A stretch of 64,000 nucleotides of DNA. Source: Candidatus Omnitrophota bacterium (GTDB lineage Bacteria; Omnitrophota; Gorgyraeia; Zapsychrales; JANLHA01). Below are positions 41,965 to 50,495 of this stretch, piece by piece. Where the stretch lies: NCBI GenBank assembly GCA_022711395.1, contig JAKLFA010000001.1:195277-259276 (forward strand), in the 5' to 3' direction. The position numbers and the translations under genes are program-made. Every line of letters starts with the position of its first letter. Within the stretch, counting starts at the first letter, position 1. The notes beneath the pieces were generated by a model. That model was not told the origin of the DNA. It saw nothing but the letters and a program-made list of their open reading frames with translations, and searched no databases.

Positions 41965-43824
41965 GTGATAAAAATAATGATAAATTTCAAAAAACCAACT
42001 AAACTTTGGACAACAATCCTGATTGGGATCTTTGCGATGGTCCTTTTTTGGGGTTTATTTATGTCTGGTTACGGTTTTTTTGTTGTGAAGCGCTATATTT
42101 TTAAGGAAGCCCGGCAGACGCTTGAACAGAATCTCAATACAGTCCGCAACGTTTATAAAGAGCGGATGAATCAGATGAGGATCGCGTTTAATATTGTTAA
42201 TCCTGATTCTGATCTGAACGCCGTGAAAAACGAACTAAGCCTGGATTATTTTGGAGTTGTGAACGCCGCTCAGCAAGCGACATCCAGCAGTGAAGTTGTT
42301 CAGGAAGCCTTTTTGACCGGGCAACCCGTCGTTGCAAGCCGCATCATGAGGAAAGAAGAACTGGAGCGTATTCGGCCAGGAATGATTGTTCCGATGGCAT
42401 CGGCCTTGATAGCAAGTCCTGCAGAACAGGCGCAGCTTCAAGATGCTCTCAGCATGGAATTTGCACGGCCGATCTTAGGGCCGGATGGGCGGGTTGAGAA
42501 AGTCCTTTACGGCGGGGAAATTGTGAATAATAATTTTAATTTTATTGACCATATCGTCAACGTGGTCTTTGAACCGAAGGCATATGATGGAAAACCTTAC
42601 GGGATCATTACGATCTTTCAAAATGATGTGAGGATCGCAACGAATGTTTTGGATAAGGGCGGCGAGAGGGCGGTTGGCACAAAGATCTCAAAGGATGTTT
42701 ATAATAAAATTGTTGAACAGCGCGGTTCTTGGCTTGGCCGGACGTTTGTCGTGACGGATTGGTATATTGCGGCCTGCGAGCCCATTTTAAATGTCCGGGG
42801 AGAAATTATCGGAGGCCTTTATGTCGGGATTCTGGAAAAGCCGTTCCAATTGCTGGGAGAAAAGCTTTTCCTCGGGCTTTTGATGATCATTATGATGGGC
42901 GTCATTCCGACACTGATCTTCGCTTATTTTTTAGCGAATTCCTTGGTGCGCCAGTTGACGCAGATGGTCCGAACGACCGTGAAGATCGCGCAAGGGGAGC
43001 TGGAAAGTAAGATCGACACGACGGGCTTATCTGTTCATGAAATGAAAGAGCTGGGTGAATCGATCAATTATATGTCAGAAAAGCTGGTTGAAAGGGAAGA
43101 GAGTTTAGAAGAAACACACAAGCGTTTGGAGGTCATGAATAAAAGGTATTTGGACCTGATCGGCTTTGTTGCTCATGAACTGAAAGGGATCTTGTCTTCG
43201 ATCGTTCTAAACACATACCTTTTACAGAAAAAGATCCTGGGGGATATCAATCCCAAGCAGGAAAGTGTCCTGAAGTCCATGGGCAGGAATCTGGATTATT
43301 TGACCGTCACGGTGAAGAATTTTCTTAATCTGAGCAGGATCGAAAAAGACGAACTGAAGGTCGATAAACAGGAGATCTTTCTCAAAGAGCATCTGCTTGA
43401 TCCGGCCATTGAGTCTTTTCAGCAGCAGGCGGAAGAGAAAAATATTATGATCTCTAATACGGTCGACGCGCGTTTGAGCGTGCGGGTTGATTCGGGATTG
43501 ATGCAGATCGTCGTGAATAATTTATTGAGTAATGCGGTCAAATATGGCCTTGAGGGGGGGAAGATCAGGATCACGGCAAAAAATCAGGAAGACATGCTGG
43601 AGGTTGAGGTTTATAATGACGGAGAACCGATAGCCAGTATTGATATGGACAAGTTGTTCAAGAAGTTCTCCCGGGTCCTTTATCGCGGACAGGAAAGCGT
43701 GAAAGGAACAGGGATCGGGCTGTTTATCTCAAAAGAGATCATTGAACGCCATGGCGGTCATATTTGGGTGGAACCTGCCTTGAAGGGGAATTCGTTCAAA
43801 TTTCAGATACCAAGATCAAATTAA
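41965..43824 (+). CDS. Membrane sensor histidine kinase (two TM helices flanking a ~250-aa extracytoplasmic sensor domain, HAMP/coiled coil, HisKA, HATPase_c)
   Basis: H-box FVAHELKGIL, N-box NLLSNAVKYG, G1 NDGEPI, G2 GTGIGLFISK. GTG at 41965 or ATG at 41977. Confidence 0.88.
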   Translation: MIKIMINFKKPTKLWTTILIGIFAMVLFWGLFMSGYGFFVVKRYIFKEARQTLEQNLNTVRNVYKERMNQMRIAFNIVNPDSDLNAVKNELSLDYFGVVNAAQQATSSSEVVQEAFLTGQPVVASRIMRKEELERIRPGMIVPMASALIASPAEQAQLQDALSMEFARPILGPDGRVEKVLYGGEIVNNNFNFIDHIVNVVFEPKAYDGKPYGIITIFQNDVRIATNVLDKGGERAVGTKISKDVYNKIVEQRGSWLGRTFVVTDWYIAACEPILNVRGEIIGGLYVGILEKPFQLLGEKLFLGLLMIIMMGVIPTLIFAYFLANSLVRQLTQMVRTTVKIAQGELESKIDTTGLSVHEMKELGESINYMSEKLVEREESLEETHKRLEVMNKRYLDLIGFVAHELKGILSSIVLNTYLLQKKILGDINPKQESVLKSMGRNLDYLTVTVKNFLNLSRIEKDELKVDKQEIFLKEHLLDPAIESFQQQAEEKNIMISNTVDARLSVRVDSGLMQIVVNNLLSNAVKYGLEGGKIRITAKNQEDMLEVEVYNDGEPIASIDMDKLFKKFSRVLYRGQESVKGTGIGLFISKEIIERHGGHIWVEPALKGNSFKFQIPRSN

Positions 43825-43838
43825 CAGAAGGTGGTGAC

Positions 43839-44717
43839 ATGAAAAACAAGATTTTACTCGTGGACAATGACAGGGATTTCTTGGAAGCGACAGCGATCCT
43901 TTTGGAATCCGACGGCTATGATGTGGTCAGGGCATCGAACGGGCAAGAAGGTTTTCAAAGGGCCAAGGAAGAGTCTCCGGACCTGATCCTGCTGGATATG
44001 ATGATGACGTATAAGACGGAAGGGGCGGAAATGGCAAAGGCCCTTGCGGCGGACGCGGCGACACACAATATCCCGCTGATCCTGATCACCGGGGCTAAAA
44101 AGGAGATGGGGTTTCCCTTTGAGATCAAGCCTGACGAAAAGGACCTGCCGGTCAAGATGGTGATCGAAAAACCGATCCAGCCTGAACGGCTGCTGAGCAC
44201 GGTGAAGCTTTTCATTAAGAAGACCGGCCTTGAACACCGCAGTTTTGTTGGAGAGATCGACGCTCTTGTTGACAAATGGAGCGGCAAAGACGGGAATCTT
44301 ATCATGATCCTCCACGAGATCCAGAATCATTACGGGTATGTTCCGCGGGAGGCCGCTTTTGAACTTCGCCGGCTGTTAGGTATTCCGCTGGCGCGTATTT
44401 ATGAAGTGATCACGTTTTATAATTATTTCAAGCTCGATCCGCCGGGAAAGCATTTGATCTCGGTCTGTATGGGTACGGCGTGCTATTTGAAAGGGGCGCC
44501 TGGCTTATTATCGGAGTTGAAAAATTTATTGAATGTTGAAGAGGGGCAGACAACTCCGGACGGTCTTTTTCATCTTCAGATCGTGCGTTGTTTAGGGTGC
44601 TGCGGCCTGGCTCCGGTCATGACGGTCGATGGGAAGATCTATGGTAAGGTCAAGAAGGAAAACGTGATCAATATTTTATCTGAATATTCAAAAGAAAAAA
44701 TGGAAGTTGTTCAATAA
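43839..44717 (+). CDS. hydC: Receiver (REC) domain fused to the NuoE/HydC-type [2Fe-2S] thioredoxin-like subunit of an [FeFe] hydrogenase
   Basis: Residues 1-125 form a CheY-like receiver (DND acidic pocket, phospho-acceptor Asp in LILLDMMM, Thr in ILITG, Lys in IEKPI). Residues ~160-293 are NuoE-like with C-x4-C (CMGTAC) and C-x3-C (CLGCC). The RBS GAAGGTGGTG lies 14 nt after the kinase stop. Confidence 0.85.
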   Translation: MKNKILLVDNDRDFLEATAILLESDGYDVVRASNGQEGFQRAKEESPDLILLDMMMTYKTEGAEMAKALAADAATHNIPLILITGAKKEMGFPFEIKPDEKDLPVKMVIEKPIQPERLLSTVKLFIKKTGLEHRSFVGEIDALVDKWSGKDGNLIMILHEIQNHYGYVPREAAFELRRLLGIPLARIYEVITFYNYFKLDPPGKHLISVCMGTACYLKGAPGLLSELKNLLNVEEGQTTPDGLFHLQIVRCLGCCGLAPVMTVDGKIYGKVKKENVINILSEYSKEKMEVVQ

Positions 44718-44728
44718 AGGGGGAATCG

Positions 44729-46531
44729 ATGGTGAAGTTGAGCATGGCCCAGTTGGACAGTTTTAAACGGAAAAAAGAGGATGGGGTCGTCGTCAGGGTC
44801 GGCATGAGCTCTTGCGGGGTTGCCGCCGGTTCAAAAGACACCTTTCAAAAGATCCAGTCCGAACTTAAAGCCAATGGAATTGACGCGGAGTTGATGAAGT
44901 GCGGATGTTTGGGAATGTGCTATGCCGAACCCTTGGTCGAGATTGAACGGCACGGGGTTTTGGAAGGAACTTATGGTAATGTTGACGCGAAGGCGGCCGC
45001 AGAGATCATTCAGCATCATCTTGTGAAGGGAAATCCGCAGGCTGCGGAGATCTCGAAATACCGCATCGTGACGTCTGAAAAGCAGATCAGGATCGTTCTG
45101 CGTAATTGCGGGGTGATCGACCCTGAGAATATCGAGGATTATTTGGCGCAGGACGGCTATCAGGGATTAAAGAAGGTCTTGACCAAAGGGGCCCCGGACA
45201 AGGTCCTGGAGGAGCTTAAACTGAGCGGTTTGCGAGGGCGCGGCGGCGGCGGATTTCCGACGTGGATGAAGTGGAGTTTCGCGCGGGGAGTGCAGGCAGA
45301 CCAAAAATTCATCATTTGCAATGGCGATGAAGGAGACCCGGGTGCGTATATGGACAGAAGCGTCCTGGAAGGGGATCCTCACTCGGTCCTGGAGGGAATG
45401 ATCATAGCCGGTTTCACGGTGGGCGCCAGCCGTGGTTTCTTTTATATTCGGGCGGAATATCCTTTGGCTATTGAGCGAATCCAGAAAGCGATCGACCAGG
45501 CGCATGAGTATGGCCTTTTGGGTGAGCATATCTTGGGAACGAAATTCTCCTTTGACCTGGAGGTTCGATTGGGGGCCGGCGCTTTTGTCTGCGGTGAAGA
45601 GACGGCGCTGATCGCTTCGATCGAAGGCAAACGGGGATGCCCAACGCCGCGTCCGCCATATCCTTCGGTGAAGGGGCTGTGGGGAAAACCGACGGTTATC
45701 AATAATGTGGAAACATTGGCCAATGTTCCGGTCATCCTTAACAAAGGCGGCGAGTGGTTCTCCCAGATCGGGACCAAGGATTCGAAGGGGACCAAGGTCT
45801 TTGCCTTAACAGGAAAAGTGAAGAATACCGGACTTGTCGAGGTCCCTATGGGGATCACATTGCGAGAGATCGTTTTTGATATTGGCGGCGGAACTGCCAA
45901 CGGCAAAAAGATCAAGGCGATCCAGACCGGAGGGCCTTCCGGAGGAGTCATTCCTGAGCAGTTTTTTGACACGCCGGTTGACTATGAGAACCTTCAGAAA
46001 CTGGGTTCGATCATGGGCTCCGGCGGCATGATCGTTATGGATGAGGATGACTGCATGATCGATATCGCGAAATTTTATCTGGGATTTTGTGTTGATGAGT
46101 CATGCGGAAAATGCGCGCCTTGCCGTATCGGCGGCACGCAATTGCTGGGTTATTTGAAGGACATCTCGGAAGGCAAGGCTTCCGAGGATGATCTGGCAAA
46201 GATGCGCAGGATCTCTGTGGCAATGCAGAAGGCCTCGTTGTGCGGCCTGGGGCAGACGGCCTCCAATCCTGTTCTTTCGACATTGCAGTATTTTGAAGAG
46301 GAGTACCGGACGCATATTAAGGACAAGCGTTGTCCGGCAGGAAAGTGCAGCCAGCTTTTCAACTACAGCATCATTCAGGAGAAATGCCGTCGCTGCACCC
46401 TTTGCCAGCGCAACTGTCCTGTGGGGGCGATCCCCGGGGACCGGGAGCAGGGATTTTGGATCGTACCGGAAAAATGTATCCGCTGCGGGCAGTGTTTTGA
46501 AGTTTGTAAATTTGGAGCGATCAAACGATAG
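44729..46531 (+). CDS. hydB: NuoF-like NAD(P)H/FMN-binding subunit of an [FeFe] hydrogenase (HydB)
   Basis: N-terminal thioredoxin-like 2Fe-2S domain, GRGGGGFPT FMN/NADH motif, ESCGKCAPCR N3 cluster motif, and two C-terminal 4Fe-4S ferredoxin motifs. Confidence 0.9.
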   Translation: MVKLSMAQLDSFKRKKEDGVVVRVGMSSCGVAAGSKDTFQKIQSELKANGIDAELMKCGCLGMCYAEPLVEIERHGVLEGTYGNVDAKAAAEIIQHHLVKGNPQAAEISKYRIVTSEKQIRIVLRNCGVIDPENIEDYLAQDGYQGLKKVLTKGAPDKVLEELKLSGLRGRGGGGFPTWMKWSFARGVQADQKFIICNGDEGDPGAYMDRSVLEGDPHSVLEGMIIAGFTVGASRGFFYIRAEYPLAIERIQKAIDQAHEYGLLGEHILGTKFSFDLEVRLGAGAFVCGEETALIASIEGKRGCPTPRPPYPSVKGLWGKPTVINNVETLANVPVILNKGGEWFSQIGTKDSKGTKVFALTGKVKNTGLVEVPMGITLREIVFDIGGGTANGKKIKAIQTGGPSGGVIPEQFFDTPVDYENLQKLGSIMGSGGMIVMDEDDCMIDIAKFYLGFCVDESCGKCAPCRIGGTQLLGYLKDISEGKASEDDLAKMRRISVAMQKASLCGLGQTASNPVLSTLQYFEEEYRTHIKDKRCPAGKCSQLFNYSIIQEKCRRCTLCQRNCPVGAIPGDREQGFWIVPEKCIRCGQCFEVCKFGAIKR

Positions 46532-46553
46532 ATCTTAAGAAGGAGTTTTATTC

Positions 46554-48299
46554 ATGGGAAAAGCAATTATCAATGATATCCCGGTCGAATTTGAAGACGG
46601 GATGACGATTTTAGACGCGGCGAAGCGCGTCCAGGTCAATATCCCGACCTTATGCAAACATCCGGATGTGGCGGCCAGCGGCGCCTGCGGGATCTGTATC
46701 GTAAAGGTCAAAGGGACCCGAAAGATGATCCGGTCCTGCTGCACTCCGATCGAGGAGGGGATGAATATCATCACCCACGATACGGAGCTTGTGGCGACCC
46801 GCAGGACGGTTTTAGAGCTGATCCTTTCCAATCATCCCAATGATTGTTTGAAGTGCGGCCGCAACAACAACTGCGAATTGCAGAACATGGTCGCTGATTT
46901 CGGGATCCGTGAGGAGAATTTCAAAAAGGTCGTCCGGGAACTTCCGATCGACCGTTCGACCAAGACGATCATCTTGGAGCCCAGCAAGTGCATCAAGTGC
47001 GGGCGTTGCGTCACTGTCTGTCAGGAAACACAGAATGTCTGGGCGCTTTCGTTCTTGGAACGCGGTGTTGAGACCCGTATTTCAGCCGCCGGGGACATCA
47101 AGCTTGGGGAATCGCCCTGTGTGCGCTGCGGCCAGTGTTCTGCTCATTGCCCGACGGGGGCGATCTTTGAACATGATGATACGATCAAGGTCTGGGAAGT
47201 TCTGCAGGACCCGGACAAGCATTGCGTCGTTCAGATCGCGCCTTCGGTGCGCGTCGCGGTCGGCGAGGGCTTCGGAATGAAGCCGGGCACGAACTTGACG
47301 AAAAAACTTTACGCGTTATTAAGACGGCTTGGTTTTAAGGCGGTCTTTGACACGAATTTTTCGGCGGACGTGACGATCATGGAAGAGGCTACTGAATTTG
47401 TTCAGCGTTTTGTGTATAAAAAAGGACCGCTGCCTTTGATCACGACCTGCTGTCCGTCATGGGTGGATTTTATGGAGAAGTTCCATACGGACATGATCGA
47501 GCATTTTTCTTCCGCCAAATCGCCTCAGGAGATCATGGGGGCCTTGGCCAAGACGTATTATCCTGAGACCCGTAAGATCGATCCGTCCAAGGTCGTGGTG
47601 GTTTCGATCATGCCTTGCACGGCCAAGAAGTATGAGATCAGCCGAAGCCAAGACATGTTCGCCTCAGGCTATCAGGACACGGACCTTGTCTTGACGACCC
47701 GTGAACTGATCCGCATGATCAAACAGGCGGGGATCGATTTTGAGAACCTTCCCGATGAGGATCCTGACCATTTGATGGGTGATTATTCCGGCGCGGGGAC
47801 GATCTTCGGGACGACCGGAGGCGTTATGGAGGCGGCGCTGCGCACGGCCTATCATTTCATCACAAAAGAGAACCTGAAGGATGTGGAATTTATGGATGTG
47901 CGCGGGCTCGAAGGCGTTAAAGAGACGTCGGTCACGATCCAGGGCTCAAAGGTAAATATCGCTGTTGCGCATGGTTTAAGTAATGTAGAATATGTCCTGA
48001 ACAAGGTCCGCCAGGCCAAGGAAAACAATGAGCCATTGCCGTATCATTTTATCGAGGTCATGGCCTGTCCGGGCGGATGCATCGGCGGCGGCGGACAACC
48101 GTATGGTGTCAGCAATGAAGTGCGCGCGGCGCGTGCACAGGGCCTTTATGAGGATGATGAAGCCAGCGTGACCCGTTGCAGTCACGACAACCCCTTCGTA
48201 AAGAAGCTTTATGCTGAATACCTTGGGGCTCCGTTAAGTGAGAAGGCTCATCATTTGCTGCACACGAAATACAAACCGCGGCCCGAATATAAGCGTTAA
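46554..48299 (+). CDS. hydA: [FeFe] hydrogenase catalytic subunit (HydA, M3-type with an N-terminal 2Fe-2S domain and 4Fe-4S domains)
   Basis: H-cluster motifs L1 TTCCPSW, L2 MPCTAKKYE, L3 EVMACPGGCIGGGGQP. N-terminal plant-type ferredoxin cysteines and 2x C-x2-C-x2-C-x3-CP. Confidence 0.93.
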   Translation: MGKAIINDIPVEFEDGMTILDAAKRVQVNIPTLCKHPDVAASGACGICIVKVKGTRKMIRSCCTPIEEGMNIITHDTELVATRRTVLELILSNHPNDCLKCGRNNNCELQNMVADFGIREENFKKVVRELPIDRSTKTIILEPSKCIKCGRCVTVCQETQNVWALSFLERGVETRISAAGDIKLGESPCVRCGQCSAHCPTGAIFEHDDTIKVWEVLQDPDKHCVVQIAPSVRVAVGEGFGMKPGTNLTKKLYALLRRLGFKAVFDTNFSADVTIMEEATEFVQRFVYKKGPLPLITTCCPSWVDFMEKFHTDMIEHFSSAKSPQEIMGALAKTYYPETRKIDPSKVVVVSIMPCTAKKYEISRSQDMFASGYQDTDLVLTTRELIRMIKQAGIDFENLPDEDPDHLMGDYSGAGTIFGTTGGVMEAALRTAYHFITKENLKDVEFMDVRGLEGVKETSVTIQGSKVNIAVAHGLSNVEYVLNKVRQAKENNEPLPYHFIEVMACPGGCIGGGGQPYGVSNEVRAARAQGLYEDDEASVTRCSHDNPFVKKLYAEYLGAPLSEKAHHLLHTKYKPRPEYKR

Positions 48300-48374
48300 A
48301 CAGTTTTACGGGGGTCCGGTGGTGTTATGTTTTCAGAAGATCGGAGATGGTTTTGCCGATCAAGGTGAGGAGCG

Positions 48375-49871
48375 ATGTCTACTTCAGAAGTAAAGCAACC
48401 CACATGGCTTGAAAAGCGCGTCCGTCAGGATGAGATCGACAAATATCTTGTGGACGGAAAGGATTTCATCCCGCAGGAGGAGATCCCGCTTTTGCTGGAG
48501 CGTCACAAAAACCCGGACGCGAAACAGGTCCGGGATCTTTTGGATAAATCTTTGGCTATCCAGAGCTTGACCCCGGAGGAGACCGCGGTTCTTTTGAATG
48601 TCGAGGACCCGCAGCTTCTGGCAGAAATGAAATCGGCCTCCCTGAAAGTGAAATTGAAAGTTTACGATAACCGCATCGTGACCTTCGCGCCGTTGTATCT
48701 GGGAAGTTATTGTGTCAACAATTGCAGCTACTGCGGATTTAAAACTGACAACATCAACGCGGAACGTAAAGTTCTCACGCCTTCGGAGATCGTGAAAGAG
48801 GTCGAAGCGCTTACCGGTAAGATCGGCCATAAACGGCTGATCGTTGTCTATGGCGAGCACCCCCGAAACGATGTTGATTATATTGTTTCGAGCATCAAGA
48901 CGATCTACAGTGTCAAGGCGAAGGTCAAGGGCCATGAATCCTGCATTCGCCGGGTCAATGTGAACGCTCCGCCGTTCTCAATTGAGGATCTGAAGAAGAT
49001 CCATGACGCGGGGATCGGGACGTATCAGGTTTTTCAGGAGACCTACCACTTGCCGACGTACCGAAAGGTCCATCCGGCCAATACGATCAAGGGGAATTAT
49101 CGCTGGAGATTGTATTCCATGCACCGCGCGCTGGAAGCTGGCATTGATGATGTGGGGATCGGCGCGCTCTTCGGGCTGGCTGACTGGCGTTTTGACGTGA
49201 TGGGCCTGGTTTACCATTCTCTCGAATTGGAAGAGCGTTTCGGGATCGGTCCGCACACGATCTCCTTCCCGAGGCTGGAACCGGCACTTAACGCCAACAT
49301 GGATCAGTTCAGCAAAACCCGTGTTTCGGATGAGGATTTTAAAAAATTGATCCTGGTCCTGCGCCTGGCGGTTCCACACGCCGGGATGATCATCACCGCG
49401 CGCGAAAGCGCGCAGATCCGCAAAGAGGCGATCGAAATGGGCATCACCCAAACGGATGCCTCTTCCAACATCGGCCTGGGCGGTTATCAAAAAGAGAAAT
49501 CTGCGCAGGACGAAAAGAACCAGCAGTTTATCCTGGGAGATACCAGAAGCCTCGAGGACGTGATCGCTGAGTTTGCCCGCATGGGCTATATTACGTCCTT
49601 TTGCACGGCTGGTTACCGCTGCGGTCGCACGGGGGAGTGCATCATGGAACTTCTGCGCAACGGCCAGGAAGGAAAATTCTGCAAGCTCAACGCTGTCCTG
49701 ACATTTAAGGAATGGGTGGATGATTTTGCCAGTGAAGAAACGCGCAAACTTAGCCTCCCCATCATCGAGCGTGAGATCGCTCAGATCCGCCAGACCAATC
49801 CGCAAATATTCGACCTCTTCATGGAATACTACCGCCGCATCGAAGCCGGTGAGCGGGACCTGTATCTTTGA
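48375..49871 (+). CDS. hydG: Radical-SAM [FeFe] hydrogenase maturase HydG (ThiH-like tyrosine lyase)
   Basis: C-x3-C-x2-C (CVNNCSYC). About 500 aa, with a Cys-containing C-terminal region (CTAGYRCGRTGEC...C). Lies directly downstream of hydA. Confidence 0.65.
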   Translation: MSTSEVKQPTWLEKRVRQDEIDKYLVDGKDFIPQEEIPLLLERHKNPDAKQVRDLLDKSLAIQSLTPEETAVLLNVEDPQLLAEMKSASLKVKLKVYDNRIVTFAPLYLGSYCVNNCSYCGFKTDNINAERKVLTPSEIVKEVEALTGKIGHKRLIVVYGEHPRNDVDYIVSSIKTIYSVKAKVKGHESCIRRVNVNAPPFSIEDLKKIHDAGIGTYQVFQETYHLPTYRKVHPANTIKGNYRWRLYSMHRALEAGIDDVGIGALFGLADWRFDVMGLVYHSLELEERFGIGPHTISFPRLEPALNANMDQFSKTRVSDEDFKKLILVLRLAVPHAGMIITARESAQIRKEAIEMGITQTDASSNIGLGGYQKEKSAQDEKNQQFILGDTRSLEDVIAEFARMGYITSFCTAGYRCGRTGECIMELLRNGQEGKFCKLNAVLTFKEWVDDFASEETRKLSLPIIEREIAQIRQTNPQIFDLFMEYYRRIEAGERDLYL

Positions 49872-49966
49872 GCTCCGGCATCATTTTTTATCTAAAAGGC
49901 TAAAACTTCAAATGATTGGTGTATAATAGAGCTGTTTCCTGTTTTACAACATCTGACGGATGACCC

Positions 49967-50350
49967 ATGATCAAATACAAACCATTCAAATTCTCAGAAC
50001 GCGCGCGAAGTTTTAGATTCGCCTTTCGCGGTATCTGGACCATGCTTAAGTCCCAGCACAACGCCTGGATCTATACGTGCGTCACTGCCTGGGTCATTGC
50101 CGCGGGGTTGTTCTTCCGCCTGACGCCTTCCGAGTGGTGCTGGCTGATCCTGGCGATCATGGCGGTCTGGACTTCCGAAGCCTTGAACACCGCTTTTGAA
50201 TTTTTGGCGGACGTGGCCTCACCGGAGTTTCACCCGTTAGTTGAACATTCCAAGGACGTCGCGGCCGGAGGCGTGTTGATCTCGGCCATTGGTTCTGCGA
50301 TCATCGGTATTGTGATCCTGGGACCGCATTTCGTCAGACTCTTTCAGTAG
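49967..50350 (+). CDS. dgkA: Diacylglycerol kinase / undecaprenol kinase family (DgkA)
   Basis: 127 aa, 3 TM helices, SEALNTAFE and HxLxExSKDVAAGGVLI motifs. Confidence 0.8.
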   Translation: MIKYKPFKFSERARSFRFAFRGIWTMLKSQHNAWIYTCVTAWVIAAGLFFRLTPSEWCWLILAIMAVWTSEALNTAFEFLADVASPEFHPLVEHSKDVAAGGVLISAIGSAIIGIVILGPHFVRLFQ

Positions 50351-50495
50351 TAAACCCCTTTAAAATAATTTATGAAAGAATTCAGACCCTTTGTGCGACT
50401 ATTTAATAGTTCCTAAGCATGAAGGATTTTTTGCGCCTTTTTTAGCTTAAAAAGAACTGCGTTTCAACAACTCATCAGCGAACGGGAGGGGGCGG

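Noticed and set aside
49906-49927. TTCAAA ... TGTATAAT promoter-like string upstream of dgkA
   Set aside because: The -10 (TATAAT at 49922-49927) is good but there is no acceptably spaced -35. Reported only as a weak possibility, not as a feature.
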